A DNA stretch of 32,000 bases from Zymomonas mobilis subsp. mobilis ATCC 10988 (GCF_000175255.2 NC_017262.1:420001-452000); one strand, 5' to 3'; positions 1 through 10,204 are shown, counted from the first letter of the stretch. Program-made: numbers and translations. Notes: generated by a model not told the origin, from the sequence alone.

Positions 1-4
1 GAAA

Positions 5-298
5 ATGCACAAAAAATGGCAACCCAGCCGGTATATAATACTGTCTGTGGCAATGCTGATGCTTCCCGCTTGCTCGACGACGCGCGTCGTGCAGCCAATG
101 CCGGACTTGCCAGCCAATCTGATGACACCCCCGCCCCCGCTACCCGCCTTTCCTCACAATCCCGATAATAGGATGACCGCTGCCGAATGGCTTCAGGGTA
201 GTATCAATCTTTATGAAACAGCCGGTTCTATTCGATTGCAATTATTAGCTTTACAGGCAGCGGTGCAGACCGAAAACAAAACGAACGAACCTAAATAG
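5..298 (+). CDS. Small proline-rich putative lipoprotein (97 aa), function unknown
   Basis: The N-terminus has a hydrophobic segment ending in the lipobox-like L-P-A-C (MLMLPACSTT). A Pro-rich stretch follows (PPPPLPAFPHNP), then an amphipathic C-terminal segment. The start lies 4 nt from the window edge, so upstream context is unknown. Confidence 0.45.
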   Translation: MHKKWQPSRYIILSVAMLMLPACSTTRVVQPMPDLPANLMTPPPPLPAFPHNPDNRMTAAEWLQGSINLYETAGSIRLQLLALQAAVQTENKTNEPK

Positions 299-304
299 TC
301 AAAG

Positions 305-1315
305 TCATTTATTGGCATAATAAACGGCACGGGCAATGGCTCGTGTGACACAATCAGCAGCAGCAGAACCGATACGCGCCAATTCTAAATTCGCTATTTT
401 TCCCTCAGCTATAGAAACCGCACCGGAAGACAACGCAAATAAAGTATCACCATCAAAAGGTGTATGCACTGGCCTAACAGCCCTAGCAAAACCGTCCTGT
501 GCCATAATAGCTAATCTTTTTGTCTGGTTGCGATCGAGTTCTGCTGTTGTTGCAACAACAGCCAACATCGTATTGGCGCCGCCTTTTAAACGAAAATTCT
601 CGGAAAGTCGCTCGATATCGGGAAAGGGATCATTATAGGATACCTGCCTGATATCGGGTTTTTCTCCTCCAAATTCCTGACCGATTTCAAAAGGCCAGGC
701 CCAAAAATGCCGATTATCATCCATATAAGGAGAACCAACGGGATTAGCGGCGACTAAAGCGCCTACGATTATCCCATCATCCAAATCCAAAGAGGCTGAG
801 CCAATACCGCCCCTGACATGACCAGCCAAAGCACCATAGCCCGCTCCGGCTCGTCCTAGATCAAAAGAAATATCGGCTTTTTGTAACGCGGTTTTTCCCA
901 GTTGATAGTAAGGCGGGGTATTACCCCAATCTTTTTTGCCGCCATTCGCCAGATCATAAAGCACTGCCGTTGGAATGATTGGCACAGGATTGTGGCAGCT
1001 ATTGATATTCAACCCCTTTCCCTCTTGAGATAGGGCTACAGTTACCGCATCGGCGGCGGCCAATCCAAAAACAGATCCTCCGGTCAAAACGATAGCATGC
1101 ACGCCGCCAACCAGATTTTCGGGATCAAGCACGGCAGTTTCTCGCCCACCAGGGCCCCCGCCACGAATATCGACTGCGGCCGTCCACAAAGACGGACAGG
1201 TCAAAACGGTAACACCCGTTTCAGCGATCGGATCTTCTGATTGCCCAACTAATAGGCCGCCGACATCCGTAATCAAATTAAGGTTGCCGGTTTTGGGAGA
1301 AAATGTCTGTTTCAA
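305..1315 (-). CDS. DmpA/S58 (P1) family self-processing aminopeptidase
   Basis: 336 aa. It carries N-terminal NLITDVGGLLVGQ, TGVTVL, RGGGPGGRET, LTGGSVFGL and GANTMLAVVATTA motifs typical of L-aminopeptidase/D-esterase (DmpA/BapA) family proteins. Confidence 0.8.
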   Translation of the reverse strand: MKQTFSPKTGNLNLITDVGGLLVGQSEDPIAETGVTVLTCPSLWTAAVDIRGGGPGGRETAVLDPENLVGGVHAIVLTGGSVFGLAAADAVTVALSQEGKGLNINSCHNPVPIIPTAVLYDLANGGKKDWGNTPPYYQLGKTALQKADISFDLGRAGAGYGALAGHVRGGIGSASLDLDDGIIVGALVAANPVGSPYMDDNRHFWAWPFEIGQEFGGEKPDIRQVSYNDPFPDIERLSENFRLKGGANTMLAVVATTAELDRNQTKRLAIMAQDGFARAVRPVHTPFDGDTLFALSSGAVSIAEGKIANLELARIGSAAADCVTRAIARAVYYANK

Positions 1316-1465
1316 AAAAACCTGCTATTCAAAACATTTAAAAGAACGGTTTCTAGATTATTCTAAAACCAAAAATTTTCGACCGAAAGAAGTGTACTGC
1401 TTTTATTTTGATTACCAATTCCAACCGCTATCTCCTATAGTCTGATCCTGAAAAGAAGGCAGACT

Positions 1466-2272
1466 ATGACAAATATGATCGATCCTCATCTTTTGCTTAG
1501 TGCTTATGCGACCGGCATTTTTCCGATGTCGGATAGTCGGGAAACAGATGAAGTTTATTGGGTTGAACCCAAAAAACGCGGAATATTGCCCCTCGATCAT
1601 TTTCATTTATCGCGCTCTTTGGCTAAGATTATTCGCTCTGATCGTTTTTTAGTAACCGCAGACCGCGATTTTGAAGCGGTTATTGACCTTTGTGCCGAAC
1701 CAACAGAAGATCGCCCCGACAGCTGGATTAATCCCCCTATCCGTGCAGCTTATTGCCAGCTCCATAATTTAGGTTATGCCCATTCTATCGAATGTTGGCT
1801 GGATAACCGTTTGGTTGGCGGCCTTTACGGAGTCAATCTAGGCTATGCCTTTTTTGGGGAAAGCATGTTCAGTCGGGTCAGCAATGCATCAAAAGTAGCG
1901 TTGGCTTGGCTGGTAGCCAGATTGAAAGTCGGCAATTTCAGCTTGCTTGATTGCCAATTTATTACCGATCATCTCGCCTCTATGGGGGCAATAGAAATCA
2001 CAAGAGAAGACTATCTAAAGCATCTCAAATCTGCCGTTTCCAGTTATTTTACAGATAAAGAAACCGGCAACTGGAATACCCTCGATCGCCTTTCTCCACT
2101 CCTACACAACAAACACAGCAAGACAAAAGAAAATCAATTCGCTGATGTAGATTTACCCTTTACGGAAGGCATAGCTTTAGAGACTGATGGGACTGCGCCA
2201 GGTGAAGCTTCCTTCTCTTTAGCATGTCCTAATGGTGCGCGCATTGTGCAACTTTTAGGCCAGATATCATAA
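1466..2272 (+). CDS. aat: Leucyl/phenylalanyl-tRNA--protein transferase
   Basis: The motifs YATGIFPM, VYWVEPKKRGILPL, HLSRSLAK, GGLYGVNLGYAFFGESMFSRVSNASKVAL and LLDCQ match Aat closely. At 268 aa it is longer than typical Aat, and its 3' end overlaps the convergent DUF2155 ORF. Confidence 0.85.
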   Translation: MTNMIDPHLLLSAYATGIFPMSDSRETDEVYWVEPKKRGILPLDHFHLSRSLAKIIRSDRFLVTADRDFEAVIDLCAEPTEDRPDSWINPPIRAAYCQLHNLGYAHSIECWLDNRLVGGLYGVNLGYAFFGESMFSRVSNASKVALAWLVARLKVGNFSLLDCQFITDHLASMGAIEITREDYLKHLKSAVSSYFTDKETGNWNTLDRLSPLLHNKHSKTKENQFADVDLPFTEGIALETDGTAPGEASFSLACPNGARIVQLLGQIS

Positions 2273-2778
2273 TCAGGGCTTTCCAGAACATTCAAGGACG
2301 GTGCTTCCTTATAAAGCCATCCTGAAAAAATTCGTTGCCAGCGATGATTATATTTTAGGCTTTCAACCTGCACAAAAGCCCCCGTTAAATGCTCAGCTTC
2401 CCAAGGCATGGTTTCATCACAGGCCTGTAATTTGATAATAAGATCAGGGAAATGCGTTATTTCTCCTGTATGCAAGGTAATATCTTGCCATTCACCTGTT
2501 TTTTTATTCAAAACGCCCAAGACCGCCACACGCTGAGACATCGGCAGTAATCCTTTTTCAGGAGGAGGAGCCTCAGTATGATCAGCTTTTTCAGGAACTT
2601 TTACTTCATTATCGTCCTTTGAAGGCTCTTCATCACCGACTTTAGGTGATGAAGTTTGGTTTTCGCTCTGCGGAAGAAAATCGAACCATTCGGGACGATT
2701 TTTTTTAATATCCCACAAAATCCCTCCCGAAAGGAGGATAACCGCCACCAAAAGAACAATAACGATAATTCGTTTCAT
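2134..2778 (-). CDS. DUF2155 domain-containing membrane-anchored protein
   Basis: It has an N-terminal TM helix and an acidic/Pro linker. The following domain (VLGVLNKKTGEW...LQACDE...FSGWLYKEAPSLNVLESPDYDIWPKSC) matches the DUF2155 pattern usually found downstream of mlaD in alphaproteobacteria. Its ATG overlaps the mlaD stop (ATGA). Confidence 0.7.
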   Translation of the reverse strand: MKRIIVIVLLVAVILLSGGILWDIKKNRPEWFDFLPQSENQTSSPKVGDEEPSKDDNEVKVPEKADHTEAPPPEKGLLPMSQRVAVLGVLNKKTGEWQDITLHTGEITHFPDLIIKLQACDETMPWEAEHLTGAFVQVESLKYNHRWQRIFSGWLYKEAPSLNVLESPDYDIWPKSCTMRAPLGHAKEKEASPGAVPSVSKAMPSVKGKSTSAN

Positions 2779-3284
2779 GAATTTTTGTCAGCAGCTTGTC
2801 CCGAGGCATCATTCTGTGCCGGTTTTGAACCACTACTATTATTTAAATAATGGCCAATCAGCCCCATCAGATTAACCGAGCCTTGGGTGTCAATGATTGT
2901 ATCGCCTTCTTTCAGATGTTTGTCTGACCCACCCGGAATAAGCGCAATATAGGAACCGCTCATCAAACCGTCCGAGGTGATAGCCGCGCTGCTGTCTAAG
3001 GGAAGAGGAATATTCGGGTCTAATGCCAGATTAACCATAACCTGATAACTTTGCGGATCAAGCTGTTCATCAAGGACGCTACCGATTTTCACACCGGCAA
3101 CTCTAACTTCTGTGCCAGAATTGATACCACCTGCATTAGGAAACAACGCCTTTACATGAACCGCATGAGCAGTCACACCACCACCGGTTTTATTCCATGC
3201 ATAATAGGCGAAGCCAATCGTCGCCAAGACAATAAAAAGGCCGGTTAACGCCTCTGCACTATATTCACGCAAAGTATTTTTCAT
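2775..3284 (-). CDS. mlaD: Outer membrane lipid asymmetry maintenance protein MlaD (MCE domain)
   Basis: 169 aa with an N-terminal TM anchor and the MCE-domain motif VRVAGVKIGSV...DP..Y.V.V.L......LP.DSSA.I.S.GL.G..YI.L.PGG. Confidence 0.8.
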   Translation of the reverse strand: MKNTLREYSAEALTGLFIVLATIGFAYYAWNKTGGGVTAHAVHVKALFPNAGGINSGTEVRVAGVKIGSVLDEQLDPQSYQVMVNLALDPNIPLPLDSSAAITSDGLMSGSYIALIPGGSDKHLKEGDTIIDTQGSVNLMGLIGHYLNNSSGSKPAQNDASGQAADKNS

Positions 3285-3428
3285 CAGGCGATTATATCTC
3301 TTTTATAGCATTTCACCAAAGGGGTTTCATGACTTATAGACCTAATCGAAATCCGTGAAAGACGAATTTTTAAGGTAGACGTCTCGTTATTCTTACAGAT
3401 CGGAATAAAGGAGCTATCTGATTTAAGT

Positions 3429-3998
3429 CTATTCGGGCGCTGTTACGTCTTTTAAAAGATATGCCGATAGCCCTTTATCACTCTGCCGAAGGCAAGCATA
3501 AAGCGATTTTCCAGCTTCAAATTTCTTGATGCCAGCGGCATGAAAGGCTTCAGCATGGACAAAAATATCTTGCTGATCAGCATTCCGGATCAAAAAACCA
3601 TAGCCTTTGGTTCTATTAAACCATTTGACAGTAACCGCTTCAAAGGATGTTTCACTTTCCTTTAAAGGCGGTTCGTTACTATCAAGCGACGATTTATGAT
3701 CGATCTCTTTATTTAATTCAAAGGCAAGGATTTTATAGGCTTTCCACCCCTGACGGCTTTTCCTTGCCAAACATTTGACCCATGAGCCTTCTGGTAAAAA
3801 ACGTTTCCCATATTCCTGTAATAAAGAAAAATGGATCAAGATATCGCCTTCGCCCTTTGAACCGATCAAAAAGCCAAAACCCTTAATAATATCGAACCAT
3901 TTTACATATCCTGTAATCAAAATATCGACCGAATTTTGATCACTTACAGGCATAGCTGTTACGTTTTTTATAGTAGAATGAAGCTGTTTATTCGGCAT
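3429..3998 (-). CDS. Cold-shock-domain protein with two tandem CSDs
   Basis: Two CSD cores are present ([15 protein letters not shown] and [15 protein letters not shown]). I prefer the ATG at 3998 (MPNKQ...) because GAGAGGAGGGGGAGA lies immediately upstream. The track ORF starts 21 nt earlier, at 4019. Confidence 0.8.
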   Translation of the reverse strand: MPNKQLHSTIKNVTAMPVSDQNSVDILITGYVKWFDIIKGFGFLIGSKGEGDILIHFSLLQEYGKRFLPEGSWVKCLARKSRQGWKAYKILAFELNKEIDHKSSLDSNEPPLKESETSFEAVTVKWFNRTKGYGFLIRNADQQDIFVHAEAFHAAGIKKFEAGKSLYACLRQSDKGLSAYLLKDVTAPE

Positions 3999-4145
3999 TC
4001 TCCCCCTCCTCTCAATCAAACTAGCATGGAGAAAGAAAGAAGAAAGTAATTATACCGCAGTATTCATGAAAAATATTGCGCTTTTTATCCAAAATGAAAG
4101 GCCTCTTTTCTAAAAGCCTTTCTCGATCAAAAATTTGACAGGTCA

Positions 4146-4173
4146 TAAAAAAAGCTGCCCGAAGGCAGCTTTT
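4146..4173 (-). terminator. Rho-independent terminator of secA
   Basis: The minus strand reads AAAAGCTGCC-TTCG-GGCAGCTTTT followed by a T run, starting 4 nt after the secA stop. Confidence 0.7.
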
Positions 4174-4176
4174 CTC

Positions 4177-6954
4177 TTAATTTTTACTATCGAAAGCGCC
4201 GTGACAATGTTTGTAACGCTTACCCGACCCGCAAGGACAAGGCGCGTTACGACTTATCTTTCCTACCCAATGCGCCGGATCTGCATCTGATAGAGAATCG
4301 GTTTGAGCAGCAGCGCCTTGTTGGGCAGCCATTTGATTGACCGTAATCTGGTCATCTTGTGGTTGATTCTGGCCATCAACAGTTGTCTCAAAAAGCAGTT
4401 TTTCCTGCTCTTCTAAGGCTGCCATGATTTCCGGCGAATTTTTGAAAAATTCTGGTAGTTCGGACAATTCAAAAGACGGCTGAAAAAGCTCAATTCGACT
4501 CAAATTGCGGGTAACATCTTCGCGAATAGAGATAAGCATCCGCTCGAACAGCGCAAAAGCCTCATGCTTATATTCATTGATCGGCGTCTGTTGGGCATAA
4601 GCCCGCAAATGGATAATCTGTCTCAAACTATCAAGAACAGAAAGATGCTCTTTCCAATGATGGTCAATCGCCTGAAGCAACGTATTCTTTTGAATACCCG
4701 CCCATTGCTCTGGCGGAATATCTTTGCTGCGTTCAGCTAAAAGTTCATCGGATTTTTCAAGGATACGCTCGGCAATGATTTCGCTATCAATACCTTCTTC
4801 CTCCTGCCATTCTTTGACCGGCAAATCGAGATTCAGAAGATCAAGCGCTTTTTCCTTTAACTGATCAATATCCCATTGTTCGACATATTGATCTTCAGGA
4901 CAAGTCTCGGAAACCAGATCGGCAATAGTATCTTCCCGCATCTCTTCGACAAGGTCATTGACCGATTCCGCGTCCATAACCGTAGCGCGCTGTTCGTAGA
5001 TGACTTTCCGCTGGTCATTCATCACGTCATCATATTCGACGACCTGTTTCCGAATGTCATAATTACGGGCTTCAACTTTTCTCTGCGCGGTTTCAATTGC
5101 CTTCGACATGATCGGGCTAACGATGGCTTCACCATCAGCCAGACTTTTGTTCATCATTTTGGCAAACATCGTCTGGGAACCAAAAATACGCAACAGATCA
5201 TCATCAAGGCTAAGATAGAAACGGCTCAATCCGGGGTCACCCTGACGTCCCGACCGTCCCCGTAATTGGTTGTCAATACGGCGGCTTTCATGGCGTTCCG
5301 TTCCAAGGACGAATAAGCCACCGGCTTCAAGAACTCTCTGCTTTTCTTCTGCTACTTCCTTCTTGATGCGGATGATAGCCGCATCCCGCTCAGGCCCTTC
5401 CGTCATTTCCCGCAATTCGTCAGCAATCCGGAAATCAGCATTACCGCCCAACTGAATATCTGTGCCGCGTCCGGCCATATTGGTTGCAATCGTTACCGCA
5501 CCCAAGCGCCCAGCCTGCGCAACAATATGCGCTTCCATCTCATGATAACGGGCGTTCAAAACCTTATGAGGCACCCCTTCATGACGCAGATATTCCGAAA
5601 GCAATTCCGATTTTTCAATCGAGACAGTGCCGACCAAAATAGGCTGGCCACTAGCGGCATGTTCTTTAATAGATTTGGCAATAGCTCGGAATTTGTCTTC
5701 CAGATTTTTATAAAACTGGTCGTTTTCATCTTTCCGCTGCACCGGTAAATTGGTGGGGATAGTAACAACATTTATTTTATAAATTTGATGGAATTCGGTG
5801 GCTTCCGTTGCCGCAGTTCCGGTCATACCCGCAATACGTGGATATAGACGGAAGTAATTCTGGAAGGTGATAGAGGCCAAAGTCTGGTTTTCAGGTTCGA
5901 TCTGAACGCCTTCTTTGGCCTCTATCGCCTGATGTAAACCTTCCGACCAACGACGGCCATCCATCATCCGGCCTGTAAATTCGTCAATGATGACGACTTT
6001 GTTATTTCTAACCAGATAATCGACATCTCGCCGGAACATCAAATTGGCTCTCAATGCCTGATTAAGGTGATGTACAATCTGGGTATTTTCAAAGTCGTAA
6101 AGATTGCCTTCCGGCAAAAGACCATCGGCTTTCAAAAACTGTTCGGCGCGCTCTGTCCCATCTTCAGTCAGAACGACATTTTTCTGTTTTTCATCAATTT
6201 CATAGTCATCAGAGCCAAGCTTTTTAACAACCTGATCTATCGCAATATAGAGATCAGATTTGTCATCGGTTGGGCCCGAAATAATAAGCGGTGTCCGCGC
6301 CTCATCGATCAAGATTGAATCAACTTCATCAATGATGGCATAATTGAAAGGCCGCTGAACCATCTGTTCCCGCGTATATTTCATATTATCGCGGAGATAA
6401 TCGAAACCCAATTCATTATTCGTCGCATAGGTAATATCGGCAAGATAGGCCTGACGGCGTTCTTCATCCGAAATATTCGGCATAACAACGCCAACGGTCA
6501 GGCCAAGAAAACGATAGACTTGCCCCATCTGTTCAGCATCACGCTTTGCCAAATAGTCGTTGACCGTCACGACATGAACACCCTTGCCTTCCAATGCATT
6601 CAAATAACAGGCAAGCGTCGCTACCAAGGTTTTCCCTTCACCGGTGCGCATTTCTGCGATCTCACCACGATGAAGGACAATACCACCGATAATCTGGACA
6701 TCGTAATGACGCTGTCCCAAAGTTCGCTTCGACGCTTCTCTGACGGTGGCAAAGGCTTCCGGCAGAAGTTGATCTAGCGTTTCACCCTTGGCCAACCTTT
6801 CCCTGAAAAGAACCGTTTGTCGGGCAAGCCCGTCATCATCAAGCGCAGAAACGCTGGGTTCAAAGCTGTTTACTTTTTCAACAATACGGCGCAGGGATTT
6901 GATATAACGATCATTAGCAGAGCCGAATAAAGCCTTGGCAATAGCGCCGAACAT
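4177..6954 (-). CDS. secA: Preprotein translocase ATPase SecA
   Basis: 925 aa. It carries MRTGEGKTL (Walker A), [29 protein letters not shown] and the C-terminal zinc motif [14 protein letters not shown]. Confidence 0.97.
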   Translation of the reverse strand: MFGAIAKALFGSANDRYIKSLRRIVEKVNSFEPSVSALDDDGLARQTVLFRERLAKGETLDQLLPEAFATVREASKRTLGQRHYDVQIIGGIVLHRGEIAEMRTGEGKTLVATLACYLNALEGKGVHVVTVNDYLAKRDAEQMGQVYRFLGLTVGVVMPNISDEERRQAYLADITYATNNELGFDYLRDNMKYTREQMVQRPFNYAIIDEVDSILIDEARTPLIISGPTDDKSDLYIAIDQVVKKLGSDDYEIDEKQKNVVLTEDGTERAEQFLKADGLLPEGNLYDFENTQIVHHLNQALRANLMFRRDVDYLVRNNKVVIIDEFTGRMMDGRRWSEGLHQAIEAKEGVQIEPENQTLASITFQNYFRLYPRIAGMTGTAATEATEFHQIYKINVVTIPTNLPVQRKDENDQFYKNLEDKFRAIAKSIKEHAASGQPILVGTVSIEKSELLSEYLRHEGVPHKVLNARYHEMEAHIVAQAGRLGAVTIATNMAGRGTDIQLGGNADFRIADELREMTEGPERDAAIIRIKKEVAEEKQRVLEAGGLFVLGTERHESRRIDNQLRGRSGRQGDPGLSRFYLSLDDDLLRIFGSQTMFAKMMNKSLADGEAIVSPIMSKAIETAQRKVEARNYDIRKQVVEYDDVMNDQRKVIYEQRATVMDAESVNDLVEEMREDTIADLVSETCPEDQYVEQWDIDQLKEKALDLLNLDLPVKEWQEEEGIDSEIIAERILEKSDELLAERSKDIPPEQWAGIQKNTLLQAIDHHWKEHLSVLDSLRQIIHLRAYAQQTPINEYKHEAFALFERMLISIREDVTRNLSRIELFQPSFELSELPEFFKNSPEIMAALEEQEKLLFETTVDGQNQPQDDQITVNQMAAQQGAAAQTDSLSDADPAHWVGKISRNAPCPCGSGKRYKHCHGAFDSKN

Positions 6955-7306
6955 GGACAGTCCCTAACAATTTCAAAATATGCGGTGAACGGAATGAACC
7001 GGCAAAGGCTCACTTTTAAGCTGATAAGTTGAAAAGAAGATAGGTCGCCGCCTTGGTAACGTCAATCATCCCCTCCCCCCATTACAATGCCTCTTTGTTC
7101 TTACCCTGTCGATTTTTCTGACAAGCATCAGATTCTAGAGACCAGAGCAGCCAAGAGTATTTTTACAGTCTTACTGTCATTTAATCTTTTTTTCGAGCTT
7201 TTTATATCCTTCTTTGAGGAATAAAGACGGATCGCTATAGTGATAATACATTATCAAGCCGTATGAACAAACCGGCCAGTCTATTGTGATTGAAGGATCT
7301 TTTTGT

Positions 7307-8536
7307 ATGATCGCCAATATTTCCCCGCTTGCGCCCAGTTATACACCTGAATTACCGGCCATAGACGGGATTACATTACGAACGGTCTGCGCCGGTTATA
7401 AAAATTGGCAGCGCAATGATCTCAGCCTGTTTCTTTTTCAGCCGGATACCGTAGTCGCGGGGCTTACGACCCAGTCAGCTTGCCCTTCGCCCGAAGTGGA
7501 ATGGTGCCGTGCCGCTATTAAAAAAGGGAAAGCCCGCGCGCTTGTTGTCAACGCAGGAAACTCAAACGCTTTTACTGGCCATAAAGGCCGCGAAGCGGTA
7601 GCCGCGATTACGGCTCGCGTGGCCGATCATCTAAAATGCGCTTTGCATGAGGTGTTTGTTTCTTCAACCGGTGTTATCGGCGTGCCTCTCCCAATTAAGA
7701 CCGCTTGTGATGGCCTTGAAAAGGCCTTCTCTGCGGAAGATGTGAATTGGGACCATATGGCTAATGCCATTATGACCACGGATACTTTTGCAAAAATGTC
7801 CCGTCAGGACATTACTATTCAGGGTAAATCCGTCAAAATGGTCGGTATCATCAAAGGGTCAGGCATGATTGCGCCTGATATGGCCACCATGCTTGGTTAT
7901 ATCTTCACAGATGCCGCCGTTGCCCCTGAATTGCTACAGAAAATGCTGACCAAAGCTAATAAGAAAAGCTTTTCTTGCATCACAGTTGATAGTGATACAT
8001 CGACCTCTGATACAGTTCTCGCTTTTGCAACAGCGGCGGCTGGTAATCGGATTTTATCGTCAGAAGAAGATAAAGATGCCGACAAATTGCAAGAGGCGGT
8101 AACAGCTATCTGCCTTGATTTGGCACAGCAGGTTGTCAGAGATGGCGAAGGTGCCAGCAAATTTATCAGCGTTACCGTTAATGGTGCGGTCTCTGATGAA
8201 AGCGCACATATTATCGCGATGTCGATTGCTAACTCACCCTTGGTAAAAACCGCTATGGCGGGAGAGGATGCCAATTGGGGACGCGTTGTTATGGCTGTCG
8301 GGAAAGCCGGTCAGCCTGCGGAACGGGATCTTTTGTCCATCCGCTTCGGCGGCATAGAGGTCGCCGCGAAAGGCATGGTTGTACCCAATTATGACGAAGC
8401 CCCTGTCGCCGCTCATTTAAAAGGCAAAGAAATAGATATTTCTGTCGATATCGGATTAGGGAAAGGTCAGGCGCAGGTTTGGACTTGCGATTTGACCCAT
8501 GGTTATATTTCGATCAACGCCGATTACCGGAGTTGA
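7307..8536 (+). CDS. argJ: Bifunctional glutamate N-acetyltransferase / amino-acid acetyltransferase ArgJ
   Basis: It has VVNAGNSNAFTG, the autoprocessing site PDMATMLGYIFTDA, DSDTSTSDT and the C-terminal GYISINADYRS. The start could be the GTG at 7286 (track) or the ATG at 7307, and I chose the ATG. Confidence 0.93.
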   Translation: MIANISPLAPSYTPELPAIDGITLRTVCAGYKNWQRNDLSLFLFQPDTVVAGLTTQSACPSPEVEWCRAAIKKGKARALVVNAGNSNAFTGHKGREAVAAITARVADHLKCALHEVFVSSTGVIGVPLPIKTACDGLEKAFSAEDVNWDHMANAIMTTDTFAKMSRQDITIQGKSVKMVGIIKGSGMIAPDMATMLGYIFTDAAVAPELLQKMLTKANKKSFSCITVDSDTSTSDTVLAFATAAAGNRILSSEEDKDADKLQEAVTAICLDLAQQVVRDGEGASKFISVTVNGAVSDESAHIIAMSIANSPLVKTAMAGEDANWGRVVMAVGKAGQPAERDLLSIRFGGIEVAAKGMVVPNYDEAPVAAHLKGKEIDISVDIGLGKGQAQVWTCDLTHGYISINADYRS

Positions 8537-8544
8537 TAACCATA

Positions 8545-8576
8545 GGGGGCGGCAATCGATTGGGATTACCGCCCCC
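8545..8576. terminator. GC-rich hairpin between convergent argJ and the ASCH gene (probable bidirectional terminator)
   Basis: GGGGGCGG-16 nt loop-CCGCCCCC is a perfect 8-bp GC stem. It lies 9 nt after the argJ stop and abuts the ASCH gene stop. Confidence 0.55.
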
Positions 8577-9022
8577 TATTCTACCTGACTAGTCAAACTC
8601 ACCAATTTTTGCGTCTCTTCTTTTCGTAACCACGTCAAAGACTGGGGTGGCTGAAAATTAGCACGGATTTCTTTTAATTGGTCGAGATTGATTGGTCGGA
8701 TTGGCTGATGGTCTCTAAGGAGAAAAGCCGTTGCCTTTTCTGTCCCTTCAAAATAATCTCGATATTGTTGTTCTGATAGAAAGGCTTCGCGCCCGTATCG
8801 ACTCCAAAGTGTGTTAACATCGCCTTGAACAATCGCTTCCAGATAAGCAAAGCCAATCACTGATTTCACAGGACGCGTCGCATAAATCCAAATCCGCGCC
8901 GATAAAGCTGGAAGCGGTATTCTTCGTCGAAATTCCACCGTTTTTTTGCCAGATACAATCGCCTTTGCGAATTCTGGCCATAAGGAAATAACTGCTTCTT
9001 TTCGGTCTGGGATATCAGTCAC
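8576..9022 (-). CDS. ASCH (PUA-like fold) domain-containing protein
   Basis: 148 aa with a GTG start. The N-terminal ISLWPEFAKAIVSGKKTVEFRRR matches the ASCH pattern (I.p.y...I.sGkKt.E.R). An AAGGA lies 12 nt upstream of the start. Confidence 0.7.
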   Translation of the reverse strand: MTDIPDRKEAVISLWPEFAKAIVSGKKTVEFRRRIPLPALSARIWIYATRPVKSVIGFAYLEAIVQGDVNTLWSRYGREAFLSEQQYRDYFEGTEKATAFLLRDHQPIRPINLDQLKEIRANFQPPQSLTWLRKEETQKLVSLTSQVE

Positions 9023-9070
9023 GCTTCAATATATCCTTCAAACAGCCGCAAAAAAGACGTTCATATCCAA

Positions 9071-10204
9071 CTAATCCTTTTTAGGCATTGCTGGTATTTT
9101 TTTCGTAACAACAGGCTGCCCCATCGGAATTTTGCGATGCGAAATTTTCACAGTTGGCGGCGATGTATTCGCTACAGCCTCTTTCCCAGGGGTTTCATTC
9201 GACTTTTCTATAGGAAGTAGATTTTTGTCAGCCGTGCTGGGCGCAAGAGACGCAATAGGTTCAAAAGCCCCCAATTCATGACGCAGGGTTTCAGGAATAA
9301 TGCTATTGTCATAAGGCTGTTTGATCGGACTATTTTTTGCTGAACCTTCTCGACAGGTGCCATAAATCTGGGGGCGGCCATTTAACATCAAATAATGATC
9401 AAGACTGTTTGTTGCCGTCGTAATGGCGGTTTCATCCCCATTCGCCAAGGCTGCCATGGCTAAACTATGCGCCAACAGAGCATCTTCGGATCTGGAACTC
9501 CGATTCAGGATATATGCCGCCTGATTAAAATCCTGCGCTGTATGCAATTTCCCTTGCGTAATAATATCTTTAACTCTTTGGATGCGAGCCGATCCCGCAA
9601 GCTCTTCATCCGTATTTTTTAAAGGCTGAACTTCATGATACAGTTTAATAATTTCCGTATTAGGCGGTAATTCAGGTCGATCTATTGTATAGACATGATT
9701 AATATCCCAATTCAGCGTGAAAGGCGCACGGCTATTGGTGCGGGTAATAGGCCAGCGAATACCCGCGATATCGAGAATATTTAAAGAAGCGCTCTCATTA
9801 TTATCAAGCCACATTTCGATATCATGGCGTGCCCCCAGCCCGTCACGGGTAGAAAAAAATAAATGATCGTCAAAAAAACGGCTGGCAATAATTTCTTCCC
9901 TAACCAAGGGACCATGCACTTTGGTGAAAGCCTTGGGGGTAATATCTAAATGGGGATGGCTAAGAAACCCGGCAAAAGGATTCTTGCTATCATGTGTTTG
10001 TTCTATCTGGATTTCCATGATGGTTTTGCCATTACTGGTCACAGCCCAGCCACCGACATAGTCAACCGCCCGATGGGTCTTTTCACTGCCTGCCACTAAC
10101 GGAAGCGATGCTGTATTTTCTGGCTCCGATTGAGCATAAAGCGGGCAAGCCATCAAAATTGTAGATAAAAACAAAGAAGCAAGGGAAACAGTCTTCATTT
10201 CCAA
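9071..10204 (-). CDS. Secreted/periplasmic hypothetical protein (377 aa)
   Basis: It has an N-terminal signal peptide (LASLFLSTILMACPLYA/QSE). The C-terminal half contains AQDFNQAAYILNRS...LLAHSLAMAALANGDE...LDHYLMLNGRPQIYGT, which from memory resembles DUF6624-type hypothetical proteins. A Lys/Pro-rich low-complexity tail follows. Confidence 0.6.
   Translation of the reverse strand: MEMKTVSLASLFLSTILMACPLYAQSEPENTASLPLVAGSEKTHRAVDYVGGWAVTSNGKTIMEIQIEQTHDSKNPFAGFLSHPHLDITPKAFTKVHGPLVREEIIASRFFDDHLFFSTRDGLGARHDIEMWLDNNESASLNILDIAGIRWPITRTNSRAPFTLNWDINHVYTIDRPELPPNTEIIKLYHEVQPLKNTDEELAGSARIQRVKDIITQGKLHTAQDFNQAAYILNRSSRSEDALLAHSLAMAALANGDETAITTATNSLDHYLMLNGRPQIYGTCREGSAKNSPIKQPYDNSIIPETLRHELGAFEPIASLAPSTADKNLLPIEKSNETPGKEAVANTSPPTVKISHRKIPMGQPVVTKKIPAMPKKD

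Noticed and set aside
336-638. A 100-aa plus-strand ORF inside the DmpA-family gene. Similar internal or antisense ORFs occur at 1412-1606, 2656-2850, 3051-3248, 4876-6777 within secA, 7897-8416 within argJ, 8674-8856, 10537-10731, 10874-11316, 11753-12060, 13462-14241, 14941-15586 within catalase, 16934-17939, 18543-18758, 19569-20264 within copA, 21350-21968, 22318-22841, 24300-24991, 25524-26118 and 30383-31681.
   Set aside because: Each lies wholly or largely inside, and mostly antisense to, a much longer ORF with clear family signatures. Their sequences are low-complexity or compositionally biased with no recognisable motifs. They are typical shadow ORFs.
7087-7230. A 47-codon plus-strand ORF (MPLCSYPVDFSDKHQ...) in the 330-bp secA-argJ intergenic region. 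I also searched this gap for a riboswitch or leader.
   Set aside because: There is no Shine-Dalgarno sequence. The product is hydrophobic and Phe-rich, consistent with chance translation of T-rich DNA. I recognised no conserved RNA motif.
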